Of a DNA stretch of 64,000 nt, positions 36,691-46,952 are shown piece after piece (position 1 is the stretch's first letter; every line of letters starts with the position of its first letter). The stretch lies in IMG/VR virus record IMGVR_UViG_3300025093_000002, positions 1 to 64,000 of that record; one strand, written 5' to 3'. A program made the position numbers and the translations under genes. This DNA comes from a virus. The notes under the pieces were generated by a model. The model was not told the DNA's origin, searched no databases, and was given only the letters and a program-made list of their open reading frames with translations.

Positions 36691-36764
36691 GGGAACGGTC
36701 CCGTTCGCGCAATCCAAATAATCGGGATTGGTCCCTTGACGCGGGATTTGTCCCGTGCTTATCT
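36691..36764. promoter_or_regulatory. OL operators (GGGA-N4-TCCC at 36691-36702, 36724-36735, 36743-36754) overlapping promoter TTGACG-N17-TTATCT
   Basis: Same palindrome as OR, three copies. Confidence 0.78.
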
Positions 36765-36826
36765 GTTCTGGACAAAGCGAGCGGCCCCGACGACTTCCCG
36801 CCGCTCTCAACACCGGGAGAACCGAA

Positions 36827-39077
36827 ATGCACGCAGACCTGAATGACCACCCCTTTTCCACGCAGTCCGTCGAAGCAGAAAGCGGCGTCTGCCACAGCGA
36901 GCGTGCATGGCTCCGCTTCTGCGACGAATGCGAGCGCCTTCTGGGCCATAGCCTTGACGGCTGCGACGACTTCACCGCCCGCGCTAACAACGTCGGGTGC
37001 GGGTACTCGATCGATGAGGCGTTCGTCGCCTTCGAGGGATGCGAAACGGCAGAACAGTACGTCGCCAGTGTCAAGCGCCGCGAGCGCTACGACGGCGGAG
37101 CATTCGTCCGCGAAGCCTGAGCCTTCCGGTCTCCCCTCTTCGGAGGGGTTTCCCGAATGCTCCGAGCGGTTCGCCGCTCTCAACACCACCGGCCAAGGGC
37201 CAGCAGGGAGAACCAGATGACGCCTAAGCACCCCGACATTCATGTTCAACTGACCGGCGAAGATGGCAACGCATTCTTCATCATCAGTCGTGTGCGCAAA
37301 GCACTTAGCCGTGCGGGCGTCGAGCAAGACGAAATCAAGAGCTTCTCTGACGAAGCCATGAGCGGCGACTACGACAACGTTCTTCGCACCGCCATGAAGT
37401 GGGTGTCGGTCGCCTAGCCGCGCCTTCCAGCGCACCCCCTCACCCAGACAGACGGAAATGGAAGGACAGACAGATGAGCCGTTCTGGATATTGCGACGAC
37501 ATAGACGACCAGTGGGCGCACATTCGGTGGCGCGGCGCGGTTTCAAGCGCAATCCGTGGCAAGCGCGGGCAGGCTTTTCTCACTGAAATGGCCGAAGCTA
37601 TGGACGCCCTGCCGGAGAAGAAGCTCGTGGCAATGGAGCTTGAGGCGAACGGCAGCGTCTGCGCTATCGGCGCAGTCGGCAAAGCGCGCGGCGTCGATAT
37701 GTCGAAGTTGGACCCTGAGGATTATTCGCGGGTCGCCTACACGTTCGGCATCAGTGACGCGCTGGCCCAAGAAATCGTCTTCATGAACGACGAGGCCGGT
37801 TTCTACAAAGAGACGGAAGAGCAGCGCTTTGAGCGGATGCGCTCTTGGGTGGCGAGCAATCTTCGCAAGCCTGCCGAAGGTGCCTCATGAGACGCCTTCT
37901 TTTCCTCATCGCGGTTGTGGCTATCGGCGTCGGTGCCTTGGACGACATCCCGCACATGCCGAAGACGGAGACGGTTCGATGAAGCCGCGCCCGCTTGAAG
38001 AATGGCACGAGGAAGACGGCGATGTCGTCTGGTGGTGCTGGCAAGACGGCCAGTGGCTTGGTGAGCCCGCCTATATCGGCAGCCCGCTTTGCCTTGGGCT
38101 GACGGTCGAATGCCACACTCAGGCGCAGAACGGCGAAACGCCCGCTGCCCGGTTCGAGGTCGGCGGCTGGCCCGGATACCACACGCACTGGACGCCTCAC
38201 CCGGACTTTCCAGAGCCCCCGCACATGCCTTCCATTCACCCATCAAGCCAGCAGTAGGAGACGACGACAATGACCCGTCACATCTTCACAGCGCAGATCG
38301 TAGACGACCAGTTCGGCGCGATTGTCATCCCCGACATTGAGGCGGAACTGACAGTCGATATCGACCACGGCGACGAGCCGGAAGTCACCGTCACGGGCGT
38401 CTGGATCGAGGACGCGAAGCGGCGCGGGTTCGTCAATATCACGCGCAGTTCCGACAAGCTGCTTCGTCTCATCGCTGCGGAAATCATCCGCCAGGCTGAC
38501 GAGGACGACGCGTGGAAATGCGACGTGCTTAAGGCCGAAGGATATCAGTGGCGCGGGCTTGGGGCAAACGACCCCGACGCCCATTGGCATCAGGTGGCGT
38601 TCTGATGTCCGACTTTGACGCCTACGAGTTCGCCAACATCGAAGCCAGCAGAATGAGCGCGAACCCCATCAAGCGGTTTACGTTGCCAGATAGCGCATCT
38701 GACGGTGCAGGCGTCGATTTTGTTCAGATCCACCGCAGCGCCCACCGTGGAGGTGACTATAATCTGGCACTCATTGGCTACGGCTTTGAAGCTAGCCGCT
38801 ACCTGACACGCGACGAGATGGAGCAGCTTCGTGACTGGATTGTGATCGCCCTCGCCAATGAGGCCGCGTCATGAGCCCGCTTGATATTCACGAGCTGTCG
38901 ACTATCGAAGCCAGCCGCATTGAACGCGAGACGTGGGAACTTCCCGCTGCTGTTCGCGCTCGCTTTGCCGACCATGCCTTGAGCGTTGGCCGTGCTGATG
39001 TCGCCCGCGAATTTCTCACCGAACCCGAGGCTGAGCGCATCGTCGCTGAGGCCAGCAATCAGATGGAGGCCGCGTAG
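36827..39077 (+). CDS. pL-operon cluster of small genes (36827-37120, 37217-37417, 37474-37890, 37979-38257, 38270-38605, 38605-38874, 38871-39077)
   Basis: RBSs and coupling; recurrent phage motifs GEDGNAF and MSRSGY...RGKRGQAFL. Confidence 0.65.
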
Positions 39078-39380
39078 ATGCCACAGCACCGACAACTCGA
39101 AGACAAGTTCATTCTGCGCATGCCAGACGGCCTTCGCGAGCAGATTAAAACTGACGCGAAAGCCAACAGCCGAAGCATGAACTCGGAAATCCTCGCTCGC
39201 CTTTCAGGGCAGCAGCGCACCCTTCGCGACGAGTTCGCCGGGCGCATTGCCGCTGGGTGCGTCTCTAACCCCGACACGCGCGCCGGGAGCGGAGACCTCA
39301 GGGCATTCGACGCTACGATAGCGCGTCGTTCTTACGAAATGGCCGATGCGCTACTCGCTGCACGCGAGGCGAAGCCATGA
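39078..39380 (+). CDS. Arc-family RHH DNA-binding protein
   Basis: DKFILRMPDGLREQIK...RSMNSEILARL. Confidence 0.85.
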   Translation: MPQHRQLEDKFILRMPDGLREQIKTDAKANSRSMNSEILARLSGQQRTLRDEFAGRIAAGCVSNPDTRAGSGDLRAFDATIARRSYEMADALLAAREAKP

Positions 39381-39646
39381 ACATCCGCGCCCACTTCCCC
39401 ATTCCCGGCGAACAGCTCGTCTCGGAAGCAAGGCAAGCCCGCTCGGATAGGGCTGCATCCATCATCCGCGACTGCATCACGCTTCTTCGCAACAGCCATC
39501 GCCGCTCGTTCGAATACAAGGCGCAGGCTCTGGATTATCCGGTCGGCTCTGAACCCTTCAATCGCTACCGCAAATGGAGCGACGAGCAGCGCACCAACAT
39601 GCGCAGGGCTATCCGCGAAATCCGCATCGAAAGGACGCACCTGTGA
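39377..39646 (+). CDS. Hypothetical protein
   Basis: Coupled ORF. Confidence 0.55.
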   Translation: MNIRAHFPIPGEQLVSEARQARSDRAASIIRDCITLLRNSHRRSFEYKAQALDYPVGSEPFNRYRKWSDEQRTNMRRAIREIRIERTHL

Positions 39647-40146
39647 GCTTTATTCAAGCAGACGCCGCGAACGTGAAGGCAGCGATTGCCGACATGATGG
39701 CGCAGTTCCCCGAACTGGCTGACGACTCCGAGTTGCGGGCCGACATGTTCGAAGGCGAAACCGACCTCAACCGCGTCATCGACAAGGCCATCCGCGAGAA
39801 GTTGGATGCCGACACGATGGCAGCGGCCATCAAGGAACGCGTGTCCGACCTCTCCGAGCGCAAGCGCCGCCAGGAGCGTCGTGCCGAGGCCATGAAGGGC
39901 TTGGTCAAGAGCCTGATGCTCGCCGCCGACTTGCCAAAGGTTGTCCTTCCTGACGCCACGGTGAGCATCACCAAGCCGCGCACGAAGGTCAACGTCACCG
40001 ACATTGACGCTCTGCCGCAGGGGTTCTTCGTGACCGAGCGCAAGGCGAAGTCTGCCGAAATCAAGACCGCCTTGGAAGCGGGCGAACAGATCCCCGGCGC
40101 CGAACTCGTGCTGGGCGAAGAGAGCATCATGGTGAGGACGAAATGA
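39643..40146 (+). CDS. Sipho_Gp157-family protein
   Basis: Coiled coil plus IKTALEAGEQIPGAEL; upstream of the recombinase. Confidence 0.8.
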   Translation: MSFIQADAANVKAAIADMMAQFPELADDSELRADMFEGETDLNRVIDKAIREKLDADTMAAAIKERVSDLSERKRRQERRAEAMKGLVKSLMLAADLPKVVLPDATVSITKPRTKVNVTDIDALPQGFFVTERKAKSAEIKTALEAGEQIPGAELVLGEESIMVRTK

Positions 40147-40841
40147 CCGAAAACCTCGCACTCTGGGAGAAGCTGGGAAAGACTGACCCGGCCCATACGA
40201 AGGGCTTCAAGCGCGGCGGTGGGTTCACCGGAACCGCTATCAAGCCGATGTGGTCCTACAAGCGCATGACTGAAGAATTCGGGCCGTGCGGGACTGGCTG
40301 GGGCGTGGGCGAGCCATCCTTTCAGGTCGTGCCGGGACCGGAAGGCGAAGTACTTGTCTTCTGCACCGCGTCGATTTGGTACGGCAGGCCAAACGAAGAG
40401 CGCGCGACGGTCTACGGCGTGGGCGGCGACAAGGTTGTCGGCAAGAACAAGTTCGGCCTCAACAGCGACGACGAGGCTTTCAAGAAAGCCTTTACCGACG
40501 CCATCACGAACGCCCTGAAGCTCATCGGCGTGGGCGCTGATGTGCACATGGGCCTGTTTGACGACAGCAAATACGTCAACACGCTCAAGCAGGAATTCAC
40601 GGACGAGAAGCCAGCCGATAAGCCGAAGCCAACCAGCGCCGCTGAAATGAAGCGCGGCCTTGAGGCTATCGACCAAGACCTTCTCGACTGCCCGACCATC
40701 GCGGAAGTGAACAAGTGCGCCAAGATTTGGGCATCAATCATGGACCGCGATGAGTGGACCAAGGACTACCGCGAGATTGCGGCTCCGAAGTTCAAAGCAC
40801 GACGCGATGCAATCAACAACGAACAGAAGGAAGTTGCCTGA
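40143..40841 (+). CDS. Rad52/Sak-like single-strand annealing recombinase
   Basis: FGPCGTGWG...EAFKKAFTDAITNALKLIGVGADV; between Gp157 and SSB. Confidence 0.75.
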   Translation: MTENLALWEKLGKTDPAHTKGFKRGGGFTGTAIKPMWSYKRMTEEFGPCGTGWGVGEPSFQVVPGPEGEVLVFCTASIWYGRPNEERATVYGVGGDKVVGKNKFGLNSDDEAFKKAFTDAITNALKLIGVGADVHMGLFDDSKYVNTLKQEFTDEKPADKPKPTSAAEMKRGLEAIDQDLLDCPTIAEVNKCAKIWASIMDRDEWTKDYREIAAPKFKARRDAINNEQKEVA

Positions 40842-41224
40842 TGAAGGCTATCGTAATCGCCGGCCGTCTCGGCAAGGACTCCGAACTCCGCAGGACACAG
40901 AAGGGCGATGCCGTTCTTGGCTTCTCCGTTGCCGTCGATGATGGCTATGGCGACAGCAAGCGCACGCTCTGGTTCGAATGCAGCTTATTCGGCAAGCGCG
41001 GACAGTCACTTGAAGGCGCATTGACCAAGGGCAAACAGGTGACCGTCTCGGGCGATTTTTCCACCCGCGAATATGAGGGCAAGACCTTCATGACCGTGAA
41101 CGTCAACGACGTGACGCTTCAGGGCGGCGGCAACGAGCGCCAGCAGCAGACGGCGAAGTCATCCTATGACGAACCCGACAACCGTTCGACAGCCGAAGCG
41201 CTGGACGACGACCTGCCATTTTGA
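40841..41224 (+). CDS. ssb: Single-stranded DNA-binding protein
   Basis: IAGRLGKDSELR...FSVAV...; acidic DDDLPF tail. Confidence 0.92.
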   Translation: MKAIVIAGRLGKDSELRRTQKGDAVLGFSVAVDDGYGDSKRTLWFECSLFGKRGQSLEGALTKGKQVTVSGDFSTREYEGKTFMTVNVNDVTLQGGGNERQQQTAKSSYDEPDNRSTAEALDDDLPF

Positions 41225-41232
41225 GGTGAGCC

Positions 41233-41631
41233 ATGGGCCGCGCGCTTCTCGTCATCAACTCAACCGCCGAACGCCAGAAGGCCGCTGCTTGGGTGCAGCA
41301 AGCCCCCTGGGGAACGCGCATTGAATACAAGGGGCCGAAGCGCACCCTGCCCCAGAACGACCGCCTGTGGGCCATGCTGACGGACGTAGCCACGCAACTG
41401 ACGTGGCACGGCGTTCGCCTCACGCCCGACGACTGGAAGCTCATGTTCCTCGATGGCTTGAAGCGCGAACTGCGCATGGTGCCGAACATCGAGGGCAACG
41501 GGTTCGTGAACTTGGGACGCTCTTCGTCCGACTTGGACAAACAGGAGATGAGCGACCTTTTCATCATCATCGAAGCGTTCGGCGCAAAGCATGGCGTCAC
41601 GTTTCACGACCGTCAGGAGCGAGCCGCATGA
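41233..41631 (+). CDS. ninB: NinB recombination protein
   Basis: KRTLPQNDRLWAMLTDVA...DWK...LGRSSS...EMSDL...AFGA. Confidence 0.85.
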   Translation: MGRALLVINSTAERQKAAAWVQQAPWGTRIEYKGPKRTLPQNDRLWAMLTDVATQLTWHGVRLTPDDWKLMFLDGLKRELRMVPNIEGNGFVNLGRSSSDLDKQEMSDLFIIIEAFGAKHGVTFHDRQERAA

Positions 41632-41820
41632 GCCTCCCCCTCACCGCCCCTAGCTCTGTCCGCCGCTCTAAGAGGCGGTGCGCGCAGTATGTCGAGACAC
41701 ACGAGCAGCTTCGACGCGAAGTCGAGATTATGCGCCAGTCCGATGGCCTTGGAGCATGGCTTGCCGATGCCCTTGAGGCTGAGATGGGCTGCTTTGATGC
41801 GGAGGCGGCGGCATGAGCCA
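41545..41820 (+). repeat. Direct repeat copy 2 of 1-282
   Basis: Direct sequence comparison. Confidence 0.95.
41628..41816 (+). CDS. Small hypothetical protein (copy of 84..278)
   Basis: Near-identical to 84..278. Confidence 0.65.
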   Translation: MSLPLTAPSSVRRSKRRCAQYVETHEQLRREVEIMRQSDGLGAWLADALEAEMGCFDAEAAA

Positions 41821-42181
41821 GGATGTCGGCACCACGAAGCGTAAGGCCATGTCACCCACGCGGCGGTTGCGCATCTGGGAAGCGCACGGCGGGCAATGCT
41901 GCATCTGTCAGGGCAAGATAGACGGCGTTCGTGAGCGCTGGATTGTCGAGCACGTGCGCCCGCTCGCTCTGGGTGGTGAAGATGCAGACACGAATTGCGC
42001 GCCGGCTCATGAGGCGTGCGCCTCGTCCAAGACGAAAGCCGACATCGCCCAGATTTCCAAGGCCAAGCGCCAGAAGCAAAAGCATATCGGCATCAAGGCC
42101 AAATCAGGCCTGTCCCACCCATTCCTGAAAAAACGCATGGACGGCACGGTCGTTGACCGCCGCACCGGAGAGGTTTTGTGA
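41813..42181 (+). CDS. HNH endonuclease (Zn-binding)
   Basis: CCICQ...EHVRPLALGGEDADTNCAPAHEAC. Confidence 0.85.
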   Translation: MSQDVGTTKRKAMSPTRRLRIWEAHGGQCCICQGKIDGVRERWIVEHVRPLALGGEDADTNCAPAHEACASSKTKADIAQISKAKRQKQKHIGIKAKSGLSHPFLKKRMDGTVVDRRTGEVL

Positions 42182-43761
42182 TGACCACCCCTGCCCCGAA
42201 TGACGACCTGGTGCGCGCCGGTCTTGAGGCCGCTTACAAGGCCAGCAGCGACTACGTGATGATCGTGGACGACCGGATGCAGCAAATGCTCCGTGTCGCC
42301 ATCCGCGCATATCTCGCGGCGTCTGAGCCAGCCCAAGCCGAAAGGATTTCGGTGCTGGAGCGGGCGCTGGGGCCGTTCGCAGCCGAGGCTGACGCGCGGA
42401 AGAGCAAAGACTTGCGTGGTGCGGTTTGCTTCAACCAGTCGCTGCTCATCGCCGCCCGCGCAGCCCTGAAAGGAGCCCGCTAATGGACAGCATCGAACAG
42501 GCGCGGGAAGCGCTGACGAAGGCCAAGAAGGTGCTTGGGCAAATCCCCGGCGACGTGGACAGCTTCGCAGCATTCGATGCCGTTGATACTGCCCTCGCCG
42601 CCCTCTCCCGTCAGGTGGAGGGGGAGCCGGTCGAGTGCCCGACTTGCAACGGCACCGGAAACGAAGGGCGAAACTCACTATGTCGGGATTGTGATGACCC
42701 ATTCGCCGCCCCGCCCGTCGCTGATAGCGAAGCACTGCGGGAGCGGGTGGACGAGGACGACGCCGAAATGACATGGCGCGATCTTGCCTTGCAGTTTGAC
42801 GGCCAGCGGACGCAGGCGATGCAAATACTGCGCGCGATCCGCGACGGCCACGACATGAAAGACATGGTTGCCGAGTTCGTCGCCGCACCGCCGTTGTTAG
42901 GCGAGGAAGTCCTCGCTGCTCGCATAGCCCGTCTCGCACAAGCCGGGTGCGGGCCAGCGTCGGATTATCAAAACCCCATTCGCAACGATAAGGGCGACAT
43001 CGTCGCTTACCGAGACGAAGCAGGAAACGTCGGGTGGGTCGGAACGCTTAAGGCCGAGGGCGGGCCAGCGGTGACGGAAGCGCGCGACAAGGTGTTGGCT
43101 ACCTTCACCTACAAGATGGCCGTCGAAACGCGCGCGTCCACGAATTACGCCGTACAATTCTGCGCAGCTTTCGCGTCTGCCCTCGAAGCCGCCCTCCATC
43201 CCCAATCGGCGGCAGGGGAGGAAGGGAAGCCATGAAGCGCGTCGTTTTCACCAGCGAAGCGAGCGCTGCACTGTGCAAGGCGCTTCGCATCCACACGTGG
43301 ATTGACACCACGTCCTACACCTCGTTGTTCGGCATTCAGGCACGGCTTGCCCCAAGGCAGTGGGCGCATGTAGCCGCCAATGGTGCGCCGCTGCTATTCG
43401 ACACAGAAGCCGAAGCGCGCCGCAAGATGGGCGACCTGTTGGAGCGCCAGCCATGAAGACGGCAAGGGAGATAATCGCGGTCACGGTGGACCGAACGAAC
43501 GGAGAATGGTGGGCCGACGCCATCATCGCCGCTCTCGCTGCCGAGGGGTTCAGCATCGTGGAGACAGGACGCGACCCGGTGACGATTGAGGCGTGCGCAG
43601 AGATTGCCGAGGGCGGTGTCGTGTTCGGCAACCAGAACGAGGTCTACGCCTGTGGCGATATGATGGACGCATGGGAGATGGGCGCTGACGACGCTGGCTC
43701 TTCCGTCGCCAAGGCCATCCGCTCCCTCTCCCGCTCTACAAGGGAGGGGAAGACAGAATGA
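42181..43761 (+). CDS. Four mosaic early genes (42181-42483, 42483-43235, 43232-43456, 43453-43761)
   Basis: Coupled ORFs collinear with 843-2444; 42483-43235 includes a CPTCNGTG...CRDC zinc ribbon. Confidence 0.7.
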
Positions 43762-43961
43762 GCCGCGTAAGAGCATTCACGCGCTCGGAAATCATGGACG
43801 CTGCACGTGCCGCCGCAGAGAACGGCATGTGTGCCCGCCTGACGCCCGATGGAGAAATTGAGTTCACGCCAGAGCCTCGGAAGCGCAGTATGCCGAAACC
43901 GACGCCGGAAGAGCTGCTGGAGGGGTTTCTGAATGGAAGGCAAGTTGGTGGGCGTGCATAG
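43758..43961 (+). CDS. Putative excisionase/RDF of phage 2
   Basis: Small ORF overlapping the int start, in the same slot as xis1. Confidence 0.5.
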   Translation: MSRVRAFTRSEIMDAARAAAENGMCARLTPDGEIEFTPEPRKRSMPKPTPEELLEGFLNGRQVGGRA

Positions 43962-44943
43962 GGTCAAGGCCAAGCTTAAGGATGGAACCGAGGTCGAATA
44001 CCACTACGCCTGGCGCGGTGGACCTCGGATGCGTTCACGGCCTGGAACGAAAGCCTTCAGCCAGGAATTCGTGCGACTGACACGCGACCGGCCTCAGAAA
44101 GTCTTGGAAGCGTCGTTCGGATGGCTGATAGACGACTATCTCAAGAGCGCGCATTACCAGAAGCTGCGGCCTAGCACCAAGCGCGATTATGACCGTATCA
44201 TCGGCGCTATCAAGCTTCGGTTCTCTCCCATGCCTATCGGTGCAATAGAGGCGCGTGGCGCGCGCAAGGCGTTCAGCGACTGGCGAGACACTATGCGGGA
44301 CACGCCGCGCTCTGCCGACATGCACATGGCCGTTCTGGCGCGCATTCTGTCTTGGGCGAAAGACCGCGAACTCATATCGAAGAACCCGCTAGAGCGGATA
44401 TCGAAGCTCCACAGCGGCAGCCGGAAGGATGTCATCTGGACGCCCTCCCAGATCGCCGCAATCATGAAGGCCTCGCCTCACATCGTTGACGTGGTGAAGA
44501 TTGCGCTCTGGACTATGCAGCGGCAAGGCGACGTTCTGACCATGCCGACGCTGGCGCATTCTGACGACATGCTCTGGATTGTGCAGGGAAAGACCGGAGC
44601 ACGCGTTCGCGTCCGGCCGGCAGATGAATTACAGCCGATCCTGACGCGGGCGAAGGAAGCCAACCGCCAGCGCGTCCTCGTGAACAGCTACGGGCAGAAT
44701 TGGACTTCAAGCGGCTTTCGCGCGTCGTGGCGGAAGGAGCTGGCTCGCCTCAAGATTGAAGGCGTGACGTTCCACGATTTGCGTGGAACCGGCATCAGTT
44801 ACGCATATGCTGGGGGGATGGATATCGAGCGGATCGCTGAGATATCAGGGCACTCTAAGGGCGAGTGCGAAGCGATAATCCGCAAGAACTACCTGGCGGG
44901 CGGCGACGTGATCGAGGCGATCAGAGCAGGAACAAGAGTGTAA
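43933..44943 (+). CDS. int: Tyrosine integrase 2
   Basis: QRQGD, QGKTG, FHDLRGT, ISGHS and terminal Y. Confidence 0.9.
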   Translation: MEGKLVGVHRVKAKLKDGTEVEYHYAWRGGPRMRSRPGTKAFSQEFVRLTRDRPQKVLEASFGWLIDDYLKSAHYQKLRPSTKRDYDRIIGAIKLRFSPMPIGAIEARGARKAFSDWRDTMRDTPRSADMHMAVLARILSWAKDRELISKNPLERISKLHSGSRKDVIWTPSQIAAIMKASPHIVDVVKIALWTMQRQGDVLTMPTLAHSDDMLWIVQGKTGARVRVRPADELQPILTRAKEANRQRVLVNSYGQNWTSSGFRASWRKELARLKIEGVTFHDLRGTGISYAYAGGMDIERIAEISGHSKGECEAIIRKNYLAGGDVIEAIRAGTRV

Positions 44944-45151
44944 AATGACGGAAGTCTGTAAAACGGCTTTCTGGAAATGACCCGCAAAGCCTTGAAAATG
45001 GTGGGTGATGTAGGGATCGAACCTACGACCCGCTGATTAAGAGTCCCCGCGCAAGTGCAATGTTTTCCGCGCGTTGATATGCTGATGGGTGTAAAATGTC
45101 GGCCAGAAAGACTCAACGAAATCAGTGGTGCCCGAATCAAATTGTAAAACG
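44939..45151 (+). promoter_or_regulatory. Putative arm-type sites TGTAAAAYG x4 (44939, 44957, 45090, 45143)
   Basis: Two direct repeats on each side of the core. Confidence 0.7.
44999..45045 (-). other. attP core: 3' half of tRNA-Lys(CTT)
   Basis: Reverse complement GACTCTTAATCAGCGGGTCGTAGGTTCGATCCCTACATCACCCACCA; 5' half absent. Confidence 0.88.
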
Positions 45152-45185
45152 GGAAGCCCTTCCCCTTGCCTATAGGAGAGCGCTG

Positions 45186-45431
45186 ATGAGAGATTACACA
45201 GTCGCTGAAATCGAAGAGCTGCGCACTGCTCTCGCCAATAAAATGCTTTGGGGCCGATATGCGCTTGGCGTCATTGGTGCGTCAGGCGAGCACACAATGA
45301 ATAGGGTGAACCCTGTTGCGGTCGAGGCTCAAGTTCAGACGCACATGATGGCGGGCCATACGGCGGAAACCCTTCTGAGTGAAGAACGCCAAGCTCAAGC
45401 CGCGTGGGAAGCGCAATTTGCGCAGGCTTGA
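45186..45431 (+). CDS. Hypothetical moron next to attP
   Basis: AGGAG RBS, 81 aa. Confidence 0.5.
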   Translation: MRDYTVAEIEELRTALANKMLWGRYALGVIGASGEHTMNRVNPVAVEAQVQTHMMAGHTAETLLSEERQAQAAWEAQFAQA

Positions 45432-45513
45432 ACGCCACGGCACCCTCGTCCTCTTCGCTGCCCTTATCGTCGCTCTATGGGCAGTGGGAGAGTGGGTGCT
45501 GGGGCTGCTCTAG
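45418..45513 (+). CDS. 31-aa single-TM peptide (homolog of 3817..3966), TTG start
   Basis: MRRLERHGTLVLFAALIVALWAVGEWVLGLL. Confidence 0.45.
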   Translation: MRRLERHGTLVLFAALIVALWAVGEWVLGLL

Positions 45514-45668
45514 TCCCGCTTGTCCCAGCGCAGCGTCGAGACGGCGTTCATCGCCAGTTCCATCGTCTCAATCCATGACAGGTCGCAGATCGTCTTGCCG
45601 TCCACGACCAGCTCACGCCGGCACACTTTGCCGTCCAGCATCGTCACGCGAATATGCGCCTTCGTCAT
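45510..45668 (-). CDS. 52-aa hypothetical protein (not in ORF track)
   Basis: MTKAHIRVTMLDGKVCRRELVVDGK...; purine-rich RBS. Confidence 0.45.
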   Translation of the reverse strand: MTKAHIRVTMLDGKVCRRELVVDGKTICDLSWIETMELAMNAVSTLRWDKRD

Positions 45669-45731
45669 GGCCTTCTCTTTCTAAGGTAGTAGCGCGCGAC
45701 ACGCCAGCGAATGAAGATGGAGATGAGCCGG

Positions 45732-46952
45732 TCAAGCATTGACCGCCACCCGCTGAATTTCGCCACGGAACTTGTGATAGGTAATCGCCTGCATCTGCGC
45801 TCGGGCGCTGTAGGCATGGCTCACGGCGTAAGCATCGCGCTCCGCTACGGCGCGCAACTGCTCCCATTTCATGCCGCCGATGTCCTGGCTCTTGTGGTGG
45901 TGGAGGTGTCCGGTGAACAGGAAGCGATGCTTCGTGCGGCCCCAGATTTCCGAATACTCGTCGGCCACGAAATGAACGAGCCGGTCGGCCTTGGCCTTGT
46001 CGCCGTGATGGCCGGCAATCATCACCTTTCCGAACTCATGGACGAAGAATTCGCCAGGCTTCTTGTGGACGATGACTCGTGGGTTATCCCGGTAGCGCTC
46101 GGCTATCGAAAACAGGATCGCGAGGTAGATCGTGGAATTGTGGTTTCCGGGAAGAACGACGACGCGGACTTCCTGGTGCTTTGTCAAAGCGCTTTCAACG
46201 GCTGAAGCGAGAGTGGCAACGCCGATTTCCAGCGTGCGGAACATGCGCGTATCGACATCCAGAACATGCTTCGAGGTAGGCGTCTGGTTCGTGTCGTCAT
46301 TGGCATGGAAGTAGTCGCCCACGTCCATGATGATGCCCGTATGAGCCGCAGGAGAGGCCGCTACGCATTGCGCGACCCAATCCTTCACCCGCTCAGCGGC
46401 AAGGTCCGTGTCGTAGCTGGAGCCCGTTTCATGGTGCCAGGAACGCAGGCCGATATGGGCGTCGGCAATCCCGTAGACCGTGCATAGCTCGCCAAGGACG
46501 ATTGCGGGCGCTTCGACAGGTGTAGCAGGGACGATGTCCGCAAGGGCTGCTTTGATGCGCTCGACAATCTCAAGCGGGTCGGGTTCGCCCTGCTTCGTCT
46601 TGACCCATTGAGCTGAGACGTTGCCGTTCGCGTCGAGTAGTGCGGAGACACCCTTGACGGTGTGCCCTTCAGGAAGGCTGAACGGGCCACGGTCTTCTGC
46701 CGGCTTCTGCCTGACGTATTCGCGGGTAAGATTGCCGTGCGGGTCCAGAACGGACGTTGTGGCGACAATCTCGAAACCGGGCATGACCGGCTTGCGGTTC
46801 ACCAGCCCGCGTGCGGTTGCCATCATGAGATGGCGGCGAAGGGTGGCTTCCGATTTGCCGGTTGCACGAGCAGCATACGAGGCGGTGCCGTGCTGCTGGA
46901 TGATGTCCACGCTCTCAAGGAGCGCTTCGTCTGTCATTGGCGGTGTCGGCAT
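45732..46952 (-). CDS. Calcineurin-like metallophosphoesterase with N-terminal HTH
   Basis: DAH, GD, GNH, HGD and GHLHH motifs. Confidence 0.85.
   Translation of the reverse strand: MPTPPMTDEALLESVDIIQQHGTASYAARATGKSEATLRRHLMMATARGLVNRKPVMPGFEIVATTSVLDPHGNLTREYVRQKPAEDRGPFSLPEGHTVKGVSALLDANGNVSAQWVKTKQGEPDPLEIVERIKAALADIVPATPVEAPAIVLGELCTVYGIADAHIGLRSWHHETGSSYDTDLAAERVKDWVAQCVAASPAAHTGIIMDVGDYFHANDDTNQTPTSKHVLDVDTRMFRTLEIGVATLASAVESALTKHQEVRVVVLPGNHNSTIYLAILFSIAERYRDNPRVIVHKKPGEFFVHEFGKVMIAGHHGDKAKADRLVHFVADEYSEIWGRTKHRFLFTGHLHHHKSQDIGGMKWEQLRAVAERDAYAVSHAYSARAQMQAITYHKFRGEIQRVAVNA

Larger units (their letters stand above)
1..41544. mobile_element. Temperate podovirus-like phage 1, apparently one complete circularly permuted genome (about 41.5 kb)
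   Basis: Integration, lysis, tail, capsid, packaging, replication, immunity and recombination modules are all present. Position 1 recurs at 41545 (offset 41544). The int-attP-lysis junction is intact. Confidence 0.8.
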
